Assembly: GCA_963820295.1 (NCBI GenBank)
Contig: CAWFZI010000027.1
Span: 124,954-188,953 of the forward strand
From: an uncultured Acidobacteriaceae bacterium
GTDB lineage: Bacteria > Acidobacteriota > Terriglobia > Terriglobales > Acidobacteriaceae
Reading direction: 5' to 3'
DNA length: 64,000 nt
Both the position numbers and the translations under genes were made by a program. The notes under the pieces are model-generated. The model was not told the DNA's origin. It did not search any database and saw only the letters and a program-made list of their open reading frames with translations. Each line of letters begins with the position of its first letter. Position 1 is the first letter of the stretch. This document shows positions 39,145 to 52,811 of the stretch, piece after piece.

Positions 39145-40113
39145 ATGACTGTTTTCGACCGATGCTATGATTCCGTCGTGAATCTGCGGAATGTAGTTGC
39201 GACCGCGGTACTGTGCTTGCCATGTCTAGTTTTGGCCCAACCGTCGCGGGAGCATGTGGCTCGCATGAGCCTGCCGCAGGGCATTCCCCTGGTGCAGGTG
39301 AGAATCGACGGACAGGGCCCCTTTTCCTTTGTGGTGGACACGGGCACGAACTGTGAAACGATTCTTTCGCCTCGCCTCGCCAAACGGCTTGGATTGCAGG
39401 CCACGGGACACATATCGATCACCGACCTGGGCGGGCACGGGACGCGCACCCTCGACACAGCCCAGTTGAAGACCCTATCGCTTGCTGGAACGGAGTTTCG
39501 GACGGTGCAGGCGGTGGTGACAGACTTGCCCGATGGAGATTCCGTGCTGGATGGAATTCTTGGGTTCGGTCTTTTTCGGGGAGTGCTTCTGACACTGGAT
39601 TATCGGCGCCATCGGCTCATTCTGCAGAGTGGATCACTGGCGGGGACGAGCGGCGAACATCTTGTGCCGATGCGGACAGCGAATGGAATTCCGCTTGTGG
39701 AGATCAGCGTCGCAGGCGCGAAGATAGATGCCGGCATCGACTCAGGTGGTCTTGGATTGAGCATCCCAGCTGCGATGGCGGGGCAAGTGCATTTTGACAG
39801 CGGCATTGAGACGGTTGCATGGGGCCGCACCCAGGTGAGCAGTTTTGCGTTGCGTGGGGCAGTTCTCGATGGCGCCGTTGAGGTAGCGGGGTTCCGATTC
39901 GAACGGCCGTGGGTTGAGCTGAACCCGCTGTTTGGTATCGCAAATATCGGTTCGGGGGCGCTGCGCGATTTTGTCGTCACTTTTGACCAGAGGAATAAGC
40001 TGGTGCGCCTCTCTTCGGCCGCCAAGCCGCACCGCTTGGTGAAGCCGATGAACTTACAGAATGCAGCACGCATGGACGATTTGGTGGGCACGGTCGTCAC
40101 GCATGTGCATTGA
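39145..40113 (+). CDS. Secreted aspartic protease with two retropepsin-like lobes in one chain
   Basis: Signal-like VVATAVLCLPCLVLAQP. The first lobe has FVVDTGTN and the second has AGIDSGGLGL. Confidence 0.6.
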   Translation: MTVFDRCYDSVVNLRNVVATAVLCLPCLVLAQPSREHVARMSLPQGIPLVQVRIDGQGPFSFVVDTGTNCETILSPRLAKRLGLQATGHISITDLGGHGTRTLDTAQLKTLSLAGTEFRTVQAVVTDLPDGDSVLDGILGFGLFRGVLLTLDYRRHRLILQSGSLAGTSGEHLVPMRTANGIPLVEISVAGAKIDAGIDSGGLGLSIPAAMAGQVHFDSGIETVAWGRTQVSSFALRGAVLDGAVEVAGFRFERPWVELNPLFGIANIGSGALRDFVVTFDQRNKLVRLSSAAKPHRLVKPMNLQNAARMDDLVGTVVTHVH

Positions 40114-40175
40114 GCGTCCGCGATGAGAGCGGCCGGCATTCAGAGCCCTGGTGCCGTTTGGCTCTCCGGTGTTTT

Positions 40176-40226
40176 CCCCCCCAAAACTGCGCTTGGATGG
40201 AGCACCTACTTTTCGTGGGGTTGAGG
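40176..40226 (-). repeat. Repeat family B copy (degenerate)
   Basis: The reverse complement reads CCTCAACCCCACGAAAAGTAGGTGCTCCATCCAAGCGCAG.... Confidence 0.45.
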
Positions 40227-40238
40227 ATGCTCACCTAA

Positions 40239-40323
40239 GGCAGAAGCAGATCCTTCATTCCGCTTACCCCGTGATCAACTTCGTTGTTCACGGGGCCCCC
40301 AACGCGCTCCATTCAGGATGACA
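40239..40323 (-). repeat. Repeat family C, long form
   Basis: GGCAGAAGCAGATCCTTCATTCCGCTTACCCC...CAGGATGACA. Confidence 0.6.
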
Positions 40324-40358
40324 TTGCTCTGGGAGGGAAGATTTTGGACGAGAGGGGA

Positions 40359-40398
40359 TTTTTCCCTGGTCCCCAGAAGCGAGGGACCAGGGGCACCC
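40359..40398 (-). repeat. Repeat family A hairpin
   Basis: TTTTTCCCTGGTCCCCAGAAGCGAGGGACCAGGGGCACCC. Confidence 0.65.
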
Positions 40399-40423
40399 GG
40401 CAGATCGTACTCCTTGCCGACCC

Positions 40424-40487
40424 GGGGCTAAAGCCCTCTCGTCGTGCGGATCGCGGTCAGGGGCCTGAAGGTCCCTGCTCCCTCCGG
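40424..40487 (+). repeat. Repeat family D
   Basis: GGGGCTAAAGCCC...GGGGCCTGAAGGTCCCTGCTCCCTCCGG. Confidence 0.55.
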
Positions 40488-40625
40488 TGTTTGCGCCTTT
40501 GTCGGCAGAAGATAGCGGAATGGATGGGGCATGGTGGGTTGTGCTGATGGATGCAGTTATGGTTCGGTGGCTCCGGTTGAATCAAAAGGCGGTGGATTAG
40601 GCTCTAATCTATTGTGCTTTTGAGT

Positions 40626-41315
40626 ATGTCCTGGACGAATCCCGCTGCACTTGCTTTCAACGAGCTGAGCCGGGCGCCATTGGTGCGCTTCTCGGTGCTG
40701 GCGTTGAGCTCCATCTTTTTTCTGGTCGATCCGTTCGCGGCGATCCCATCATTTATTGCGATCACCGAGAGCGCGGATGCGGCGCGGCGGAAGCGCATGG
40801 CGCGGAAGGCGGCGCTGACGTGCTTCATTGTCCTGACCAGTTTTGCGTTGGCGGGGCAGCTGATCTTCAAGATGTTTGGAATCACGCTGCCGGCGTTTGA
40901 GATTGCGGGCGGGCTGATTCTGCTGCTGATTGGGCTGGACATGCTGGAGGCGAAGCGTTCGCCGACGCAGGAAGCGATTGGCGATCAGGAAGAGGGCGCG
41001 GCGAAGGAAGATGCGGGGATCGTGCCGCTGGGGATTCCGATGCTGGCGGGGCCGGGTGCGATTTCGTCGGTGATGGTGCTGGTGGGGACGGTGCCGTCGT
41101 TCTGGCATTGGCAGATGGGGGCGATTCTGGGATCGATTGCCGTGACCTGCATCGTGAGCTACTGGGTGCTGGCGGGTGCGGGGCGTGTGCGGGCGGTGCT
41201 GGGAGAGACGGGAATCCGCATCCTGGTGCGCATTATGGGGTTGCTGCTGGTGGCGCTGGCGATGCAGTTCTTTGTGAACGGGCTTACGGATTTGGGGATT
41301 ATTGCACGACAGTGA
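40626..41315 (+). CDS. MarC-family (UPF0056) integral membrane protein
   Basis: FFLVDPFAAIPSFIAIT and PLGIPMLAGPGAIS motifs. Confidence 0.8.
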   Translation: MSWTNPAALAFNELSRAPLVRFSVLALSSIFFLVDPFAAIPSFIAITESADAARRKRMARKAALTCFIVLTSFALAGQLIFKMFGITLPAFEIAGGLILLLIGLDMLEAKRSPTQEAIGDQEEGAAKEDAGIVPLGIPMLAGPGAISSVMVLVGTVPSFWHWQMGAILGSIAVTCIVSYWVLAGAGRVRAVLGETGIRILVRIMGLLLVALAMQFFVNGLTDLGIIARQ

Positions 41316-41368
41316 TCAGCGGTCAGGGATCAGGGATCAGTAAAACAGAGAGACGGGGAAACAGCTGC

Positions 41369-42958
41369 TTATTCGGTGGCACAGGATTCCCATTCGCTGC
41401 GGCTCGTTTGCTGGTGGTGGGTGGCGTCTTCGACCACGCCGTAGATGCCTACGATGTTTCCTGAGACACCGATGCGGGCAGAGCCGCGCGAGCGCATGAG
41501 GGTCCACTCGCCATCGCGGCGGCGGATGCGGTAATGGACGTCGATCGGTTCGCCGGTAGCGAGGCAAAGGCGGACCGCCTCCTGAGTGGGGATGAGGTCA
41601 TCCGGATGGAGCATGGCGATCCAGCCGTTGCCCATAGCCTCGGAGAGCGGCTGGCCGGTTAAGTCTTCCCATCGCGAGCTTGCTTCGACCACTTCTCCTT
41701 TATCGTTCAGGACCCAGGGCACGTGGGGGCCGAGCTCCATGAGATGGCGAAAGTGACTGATGCTCTCGTGGAGGGCCTTCTCGGTGCGCTTGGGCTCGGT
41801 GATGTCCATGACAGCGACGGAAACGCCGAGGATTTCGCCGGCTTCATCGCGCGCGGGCTGGTAGGAGAGCATGACGGTCTCGGGTTCGCCTCCGCCCTCG
41901 GGTTTGGGCTTTTGCAATTCAACGCCGACAACGGGTTCGCCTTGCATGGCGCGACGGATGTAAGGCTCGACGAACGGGTAGAGCTGTGGAATGACTTCCT
42001 GGACGGATTTGCCCAGGTGAGCGCGGATGGGTGCGCCGTTCATTTCAGCCAGGCGGCGATTGAGGCTGACGTAGCGCATGTTTCGGTCGAGGAAGCAGAG
42101 GCCGACGGGTGCGCCGTCGTAGATGGCCTGGATCTGGCCGAGGCGTTGCGCGGGCAGGGACTCAAGCCCAACGAGGGAGTTGCCGTCGGCGGCTAGAGGC
42201 ATAGCCGATGGGAAGGTCTGGGGCGGAGTGGCGATGAGCCGTGGGATTTCGGTGAGGGAAGCGGGCTTGCCGTAAAGCCAACCCTGACCGAGATCGCAGC
42301 CGAGCCAGAGCAACATGCTGGCCTGGGCTGGGGTTTCGATGCCCTCGGCTACGGTGGCGAGGCCGAGGCTTTGACCGAGGCCGATGACGGTGGCCACGAT
42401 CTTGCGGCTTTCGCGGATCTCGGTCATGGAACTGACAAAGCTGCGGTCGACCTTGAGCTTGTCAAAGGGGAGGGACTGGAGATGCAGGAGGCTGGAGTAG
42501 CCGGTGCCAAAGTCGTCGAGCGCGAGCCGGCAACCGAGCTGTTTTAACTGATTGGCAATGCTGCGCGCGCAGGGCAGGTCTTTGAGCAGCGCGCTTTCTG
42601 TGACTTCGATGGTCAGTCGATCGAGCTGAAAGTGCCCGCGTTCTGCGCATGCGGCAATCAACGAGGGGATGCCGGGGTCCTGCAATTGAACGGGGGAGAG
42701 GTTGCAGGAGAGATGGAGTTCACTCTGGACGAGCGGAAGGGATGCAAAGGCCTGATCGAGCAGGGTCTGGGTGAGCCGGCTGCTGAGCCCGGAGGCTTCG
42801 ATCCACGGAATAAACGCGTCGGGTGCGGCGTGCTTCCATCGAGCGAGGAGTTCGAAACCTGTGAGTTGCCCGGTTCTCAACTCGACGATCGGTTGAAATG
42901 CCGGGAAGAACTCACCGTTGTCCAATGCCCGTTGGAGACCGGTTGCATCGGGAGTCAT
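41369..42958 (-). CDS. c-di-GMP phosphodiesterase with N-terminal EAL domain followed by two PAS domains
   Basis: 529 aa. ELLARW, DDFGTGYSS, EGIE and GQGWLYGKP EAL motifs at the N-terminus, then two PAS-like blocks. Confidence 0.85.
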   Translation of the reverse strand: MTPDATGLQRALDNGEFFPAFQPIVELRTGQLTGFELLARWKHAAPDAFIPWIEASGLSSRLTQTLLDQAFASLPLVQSELHLSCNLSPVQLQDPGIPSLIAACAERGHFQLDRLTIEVTESALLKDLPCARSIANQLKQLGCRLALDDFGTGYSSLLHLQSLPFDKLKVDRSFVSSMTEIRESRKIVATVIGLGQSLGLATVAEGIETPAQASMLLWLGCDLGQGWLYGKPASLTEIPRLIATPPQTFPSAMPLAADGNSLVGLESLPAQRLGQIQAIYDGAPVGLCFLDRNMRYVSLNRRLAEMNGAPIRAHLGKSVQEVIPQLYPFVEPYIRRAMQGEPVVGVELQKPKPEGGGEPETVMLSYQPARDEAGEILGVSVAVMDITEPKRTEKALHESISHFRHLMELGPHVPWVLNDKGEVVEASSRWEDLTGQPLSEAMGNGWIAMLHPDDLIPTQEAVRLCLATGEPIDVHYRIRRRDGEWTLMRSRGSARIGVSGNIVGIYGVVEDATHHQQTSRSEWESCATE

Positions 42959-43054
42959 CCCAACACTGTACGCCGGTATCGATTGAAGGGGAATAGCACG
43001 TTCGTACCGAGGGGGGTAGCGAGGCGGAGGCCGGGCCGCGATGTGCAGGGGCGT

Positions 43055-43930
43055 TCAGGCGGACAATGGGCCGATTTCGATTGCTTTGAGGCTCTGAGGA
43101 TCGCCGACGATCTCCATTCCGGCAATGCGGCCGTGTGCGAAGGTGAAACGCAGGACGCGGAACAGCTTGCCGCGCGGGGCTACGATCAGCCCGATGGAGC
43201 CGTCGACCAAGGCCACGCGTGCCAGTCGAGCGCCGTGAGCGGCTTCGATGGCCTGCTTGGCCCAGGCCTCGAGGCCATGTATTTCGGTCGGCAAGCCGCG
43301 GGGTGCCGCCACGGCGTCGGCGCGCGCGGCGAACTGCGGATCGAGGACCTCGACGACCTTCGCCGGGTCTCCAAGACGCAAGGCTGCGAGGAATTTTTCA
43401 ACCAGCGAACGCTGTTCCTCGAACGCTGGGTTGTCGAGATTGGCCGCTCCGCGTACGCGACGCCGGGCGCGGCTGGCCAGTTGCCGGGCGGCTTCAGGGG
43501 TTCGGTCTGTGATGCGCGCGATCTCTTCAAAGGGAATGTCGAAGAGGTCATGCAGCACAAAGGCGATGCGTTCTGCCGGGTTGAGCCGGTTGAGCACGAC
43601 GAGCGTGGCGTGGCCTACCGAGTCGGCCAGAAGGGCTTCAGCCTCCGGATCGGTTCGTTTGTTTGTCGGCTGCGGAGCGACGGTTTCAATCGGGTCTTCG
43701 CGCCGCGTTTTGCGGGACCGGAGCATATCCAGGCAAATGTGCGAGGTGACGGTGGTGAGCCAGCCGTTGAGATTCGCAATATCGTCGGTGGCCGACCGGC
43801 TCAAGCGGAGCCAGGACTCCTGTACTGCGTCGTCGGCCTCGCTGAGTGAGCCAAGCATGCGATAGGCGACGCCGCGCAGTCGCGCTCGATTCTCCTCGAA
43901 TTGTTCTGCTAGCCAGTCCCGTTCGGCCAT
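43055..43930 (-). CDS. ECF sigma factor with C-terminal SnoaL-like extension (ECF41/SigJ-type)
   Basis: ATG at 43930. EADDAVQESWLRL region 2, region 4, and a C-terminal extension of about 100 aa. Confidence 0.75.
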   Translation of the reverse strand: MAERDWLAEQFEENRARLRGVAYRMLGSLSEADDAVQESWLRLSRSATDDIANLNGWLTTVTSHICLDMLRSRKTRREDPIETVAPQPTNKRTDPEAEALLADSVGHATLVVLNRLNPAERIAFVLHDLFDIPFEEIARITDRTPEAARQLASRARRRVRGAANLDNPAFEEQRSLVEKFLAALRLGDPAKVVEVLDPQFAARADAVAAPRGLPTEIHGLEAWAKQAIEAAHGARLARVALVDGSIGLIVAPRGKLFRVLRFTFAHGRIAGMEIVGDPQSLKAIEIGPLSA

Positions 43931-44135
43931 GTACCCTTCGCTTCTATTTGAATGACGGAGGCGCGTGGGAGGATGTGACAAAAAGTGGGAGGGAGCAGAA
44001 ATGGCACTGCGGAGGATTGGTTCACAGGAATGGGTTGAGAGACGGCGATCGAATTTTCGGCGGTTTTTGTCACATCGATCGGTTGGGGTTCGTCATCGGT
44101 GGGAACGACGAATTTCACTTTGAGGAGAATTTGCT

Positions 44136-44639
44136 ATGCAACCGCGCATCAAGAATCCAGTCATGTTGCTTCCCGACGCGCTTCAGTCCCTGCTGGCGCT
44201 GCATGGAGTGGTCGAAAAGAGCGGCCTGTCGCCGCGTATCAGTGCTTTGGCGCATTTGCGCGTCAGCCAGGTGAATGGCTGCAGCGTGTGCGTCGATATT
44301 GGATGGCGTCAGCTCAAGAAGGCAGGCGAGTCGGACGTGCGGCTCTTTACGCTGGCCGCGTGGCGCGAGGCTCCCTACTTTACGGATGCGGAGCGTGCGG
44401 CGCTGGCCCTGGCCGAAGCTCTGACGCGTGTGGCCGACCGGCCCGATCCAGTGCCCGATGCGATTTGGAACGAGGCGACCCGTCACTTCAGCGAAAAGGA
44501 GATGGCGGCGTTGACGCTGTCGATCGGGGTCTCGAATACGTTTAATCGGCTGAACATAGGGACACGACAGATTGCGGGCGAATGGACGCAATCGGTTGGA
44601 GAGCCGAAGCGGGCCGAAGAGCATGCAGTGGCGGTTTAG
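44136..44639 (+). CDS. Carboxymuconolactone decarboxylase (AhpD-like) family protein
   Basis: 167 aa. VSQVNGCSVCVD CxxC motif. Divergent from the ECF41-type sigma gene. Confidence 0.8.
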   Translation: MQPRIKNPVMLLPDALQSLLALHGVVEKSGLSPRISALAHLRVSQVNGCSVCVDIGWRQLKKAGESDVRLFTLAAWREAPYFTDAERAALALAEALTRVADRPDPVPDAIWNEATRHFSEKEMAALTLSIGVSNTFNRLNIGTRQIAGEWTQSVGEPKRAEEHAVAV

Positions 44640-45235
44640 AGCCAGAGTTATTGGAAGCGGCCATCGTGGAGGCGGTGGCCGCAACGGTTGAGATTTTGGC
44701 CGGTAGCGAACCTGGTACTGGAACGCGAAGCGACGGGGATCGAGAGGAAGGCGCGAAGAAGCTTTCGGCTGCTGTGCACGAGCACTTCAAGAGCGGCACG
44801 AAGTGCCTTTCCCACAGAAATGGCGGGCTTTCCACAGGGGAGAGCGCTTGTGTTTCTGCTGCGGGGTTGCTATTCTCAGCAAGTCGCAACTGGCACGAAT
44901 TTCATGTCAATTTGCGAGTTGCAAAGCTGAGTGGCCTGTGCTACTCTCAAAAAGTTGCAGTAAGAGCAGTGGAGCCTCCCGGTGGCCTTATGGCCTGCCC
45001 TGTGAGGGAAGTGGGAAGCTGGTTCGTAGGGTCAGATTGAGGCAGCGGTCAAACGCAGCCCTGATCCCTGTAGGGAATCCCGCAGAGAACAAGCCATTGC
45101 ATGACCCGAGAGGATATTCCTTTCGCGCGCCTTAGCGGTGCAAGCCATTAGTGCTGGTCGTTCTTTGATATTTTGCGCATGCGCGTGCCCATCTATCGGG
45201 CAAGGCGGAACCTGAGAGGTAAACAGGGTTTCGGC

Positions 45236-45264
45236 TTGACAGGATGGGGGAAGTTCGATAACTT
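45236..45264 (+). promoter_or_regulatory. Candidate sigma-70-type rrn promoter (TTGACA-17 nt-TAACTT)
   Basis: Pattern seen about 315 nt upstream of the 16S 5' end. The -10 element is weak. Confidence 0.25.
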
Positions 45265-45577
45265 CAAAAAGTTCGCGCAAAAATGCTGGCGGACGCAATC
45301 AAGCAAAAAGTCAGCAGCGCAATAAGTTCGAGGACACCTGTTCGTAACAGAATGGGCCTCGATCCCAAGGGCACCGCTCAGGCGGACCGCTCTCATGGAT
45401 CTTTGACAATAAGGTTGAACATGCCAGTCGTGGGAATCGATCAGGTTTGGCTTGATCATTCTCACAAGGTAAGCGCATCTGCGTGCACCCTCTTCATCGG
45501 AGCGATCTGAGAAAAGAGATGCGCAGGTGCCGTCGATCCTGAACCGACCTCCGTCGGAGAGGGATTGACATCAGGTT

Positions 45578-47079
<1,502 letters not shown>

Positions 47080-47351
47080 AAAAGAGAAGCAGATGGCAAG
47101 GCATTCCTTCCGCGAAAGCGGACTGCCGAGAGGCAGAGAATGTCTGCGTCCATCTAACCCGTTGTGCCGTTACCTGACGGCCGTTTCGGGATCTTCGATA
47201 CAAGCCTTCTTTTCCTGTTCTAAATTTTCACGATGGTCATGGGTGGCGTAGCTGCCCAGTATGTTCAACCTTTGTCCTCGAAACCCTTTTTGGTTTAATG
47301 GGAATGTAGGAGCCGCCGGTCTTTTCTCGGCGGGGAAGCCGGCCAACGATT

Positions 47352-47428
<77 letters not shown>

Positions 47429-47452
47429 TCTCGGCCGCAGTTGCCTGCTTGT

Positions 47453-47528
47453 GGGGCTGTAGCTCAGTTGGGAGAGCACCTGCTTTGCAAGCAGGGGGTC
47501 AACGGTTCGATCCCGTTCAGCTCCACCA
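47453..47528 (+). tRNA. tRNA-Ala (UGC), CCA encoded
   Basis: GGGGCTGTAGCTCAGTTGGGAGAGC...CTTTGCAAG...GGTTCGATCCC...AGCTCCACCA, with G3:U70 present. Confidence 0.97.
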
Positions 47529-47954
47529 AAACTTCTCATTTTGACTGTTTCAAGTTCGGCGCCACTTTTAGGTGACGCCGACCTGGAAGCAGGCTGGATC
47601 AACGATCGCGAGATTGCTTGAGTCCGGCAGGTTTCAACAGCCCCAGGGCTGGCCTTTTTCCGTCACAGGAACAAGGTTTGATGTTTGACAACGAAATTGA
47701 TTGGGTAACGTATCTGGAAACCTGACTGATCCGCCGCGAGGCGCATGAGTTGGAGCAAGATTCCAGAGGCGTTTACATACAAGGCCGAGCACAAGCAATG
47801 AGTTAGTGCAAGTTACTAACTCAGGCAAAGTGTTCAATTATCAAGAGTGTCTTTAGGAGATGCGAAGCGATTTGCGTGAGCAAAGCGCCTAGCACTCAGA
47901 GGCGGAGAATAGATTGACTTACAAGCGGGACCGAAGTGATTCGTCCTCGCTGCT

Positions 47955-47969
47955 CGGAGTTAATTCTAT

Positions 47970-47971
<2 letters not shown>
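47955..47971 (+). other. 5' arm of the 23S processing stem
   Basis: CGGAGTTAATTCTATGG is perfectly complementary to 50886-50902. Confidence 0.7.
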
Positions 47972-50885
<2,914 letters not shown>

Positions 50886-50889
<4 letters not shown>

Positions 50890-50902
50890 AGAATTAACTC
50901 CG
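50886..50902 (+). other. 3' arm of the 23S processing stem
   Basis: CCATAGAATTAACTCCG is the reverse complement of 47955-47971. Confidence 0.7.
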
Positions 50903-51127
50903 CGCAGTACATTCCGCGGATACTTCTTGGTAAGCCTTGTACGACCCCAATCAATTTCGTTGCAAAACTGCTTCCATAAGATTCTTGTGGCGCCAGATTG
51001 CCACCGCGTTCCTGCACGGCCCGGGCGAAACCATCCGGGACAAACCAGACGCCGCGGCTGGCTGCGGGCAAACCAACCCGCCAAGCGCCATCCAAGTTGA
51101 GGCGATTTCAAGGCGTACGCCTTGAGC

Positions 51128-51160
51128 CGAAATCCTGAGCGCAAGCGAAGGATCGGAATG
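51128..51160 (+). repeat. Repeat family C, short form, inside the 23S-5S spacer
   Basis: CGAAATCCTGAGCGCAAGCGAAGGATCGGAATG. Confidence 0.45.
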
Positions 51161-51171
51161 CCTCTGTCACT

Positions 51172-51290
<119 letters not shown>

Positions 51291-51307
51291 TAAATTCAAA
51301 CGCAAAG

Positions 51308-51336
51308 AAGCCCTGCCACAACGGCAGGGCTTTTTT
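51308..51336 (+). terminator. Rho-independent terminator of the rrn operon
   Basis: AAGCCCTGCC-ACAAC-GGCAGGGCTT followed by TTTT. Confidence 0.75.
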
Positions 51337-51405
51337 GCGTTTGGTTTCATCTGCAGCATTTGCGCTTGAGGCGCTTCGCGCGGTGGGTTGAGTCCTGCTG
51401 GGGCG

Positions 51406-51684
51406 CTAGAGTTCGGCGGTTCGATTGCCGCTGACCAGCCGCAGCAGCCATGTGAGCACCACCGCGCCAAACGTGGCGATGAGGATGCTGAAGATGAGGC
51501 CGTGTTCGCCCACGCCGCCGAAGCCGAGGTGGCTTGAAAGAAATCCGCCGACCAACGCGCCGACCAGCCCGACGATCATATCCATGAAAAAACCGAAGCC
51601 GGAACCCTTCATCAGTTTTCCGGTGAGCCAGCCTGCGATCAACCCAATGATGATCCAAGCGATGAGTCCATGTCCTGGTTGCAT
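51406..51684 (-). CDS. GlsB/YeaQ/YmgE-family (transglycosylase-associated) small membrane protein
   Basis: ATG at 51684 follows GGAGG. IAWIIIGLIAGWLTGKLM... is typical of the family. Confidence 0.8.
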   Translation of the reverse strand: MQPGHGLIAWIIIGLIAGWLTGKLMKGSGFGFFMDMIVGLVGALVGGFLSSHLGFGGVGEHGLIFSILIATFGAVVLTWLLRLVSGNRTAEL

Positions 51685-51929
51685 ATTCCCCTCCATTATT
51701 TGTTTCGATGCAATCGAAGTTGCCGGGAGCGCGAGGCCGGCAAGCCAATTCCTTGGGGGAGGAGCTTTGGGCGCCGGAGACAGCATACGCCGGCCGCGCT
51801 TTGTGGCGACAGGGGAATGTGAACTGATTCAGCGCGGGCCTGAACGGAGGCGCATGCCCCCGGGCTCGGATCTTCAGGTTAGCGTCTCGAAGTTCAGGCC
51901 CCCTGTTTCCGGATAGGACGGGCCGCGGT

Positions 51930-52322
51930 TCAGGCGTTCTGCGATTCCACGCCGGGGGGCAGGGCGGGGATGCCGCCGAGGGCCTTGGCTTCGACGACGA
52001 CGGCGTCGAGGTGCTCGAGGACTTCTGGGACGCTCATGGTGTACATTTCGCGTCGCGCGTCGTAGCCCTCTTCGATGATCTGCTTGAGGTAGCGGCCGGC
52101 GATCTGCGCGGCGAGCTGGTCGGTGATGACCATGCCGGTGCGCTTCTTCTGCTCCACCCAGGCGGTGCAGGGCAGGGCGATCCACATGGGGCGGCCAGCC
52201 ACATCGTAGCGCACGTCCACGGCGTCGGCATGGCGGGTGGCGATGGCGACAATGTTTGCCTTCCATTTGCAGGGCAGGTCTTCGCCGCTCCAGCGGTCGG
52301 TGACGTGGAATTCTTCGTACAT
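51930..52322 (-). CDS. Hypothetical protein
   Basis: 130 aa from the ATG at 52322 (MYEEFHVTDRW). I recognise no family. Confidence 0.4.
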   Translation of the reverse strand: MYEEFHVTDRWSGEDLPCKWKANIVAIATRHADAVDVRYDVAGRPMWIALPCTAWVEQKKRTGMVITDQLAAQIAGRYLKQIIEEGYDARREMYTMSVPEVLEHLDAVVVEAKALGGIPALPPGVESQNA

Positions 52323-52446
52323 GGTGCTAGGGTATCGCTCCGATGGAGGCGCGGGCAAGGGCTGTGGGGCGAAGAGTGCGCGTGGCAGCCGGATTTCATT
52401 CTTTCGCCCCGCATTGCCGATGTACACACCGAGAGGACAGTGCGCC

Positions 52447-52617
52447 ATGCAGGTTTCAGTGGATGTGACGGACGAGATGCGCCGCGAGGCGGAGATTCGG
52501 GGGATTGCGGTGATTGATTATCTCGATCTTGTGATTGTGAAGGGCCGGCAGGTGTTGAATGAGGGGCCGGCGTTGTCGAATGCGATTGAGCGGATCCGGG
52601 CTTTACGGGGGAAGTGA
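52447..52617 (+). CDS. Small hypothetical protein, possibly ribbon-helix-helix-like
   Basis: 56 aa, MQVSVDVTDEMRREAEIRG.... There is no partner toxin gene. Weak call. Confidence 0.2.
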   Translation: MQVSVDVTDEMRREAEIRGIAVIDYLDLVIVKGRQVLNEGPALSNAIERIRALRGK

Positions 52618-52811
52618 TCTTACGGGACTGATGCTACGGGACACGGATTGAGAAACGGTGAAGGGTTGCTGTGGTTCGCTATGCCGGTAGATCGCATGGT
52701 CAGGTGGACGCTCCAGTTTGCGCGCTGATAGACTAGTGGGGTTGCAGTGGCTGTGCCTCTCTCCTGTACGGACCCGCCTGCAAGTCAATCGACGAAGGAC
52801 GTCAAAACCCA

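Noticed and set aside
44891-44906. Sigma-54-like TGGCACG boxes at 44891 and 3306.
   Set aside because: The -12 element TTGC is absent at the required spacing (TGGCACGAATTTCAT and TGGCACGAATACGAA).
44640-45577. The 940-nt gene-poor region upstream of 16S. I checked it for SRP RNA, RNase P, tmRNA, 6S RNA or a cobalamin riboswitch, and for the small ORFs 44582..45040 and 44803..45135.
   Set aside because: I found no conserved core motifs (for example GGUCCGGAAGGAAGCAGCC or GAGGAAAGUCC). The ORFs lack coding character. It is most simply the rrn promoter and leader region. Only a weak candidate promoter was recorded.
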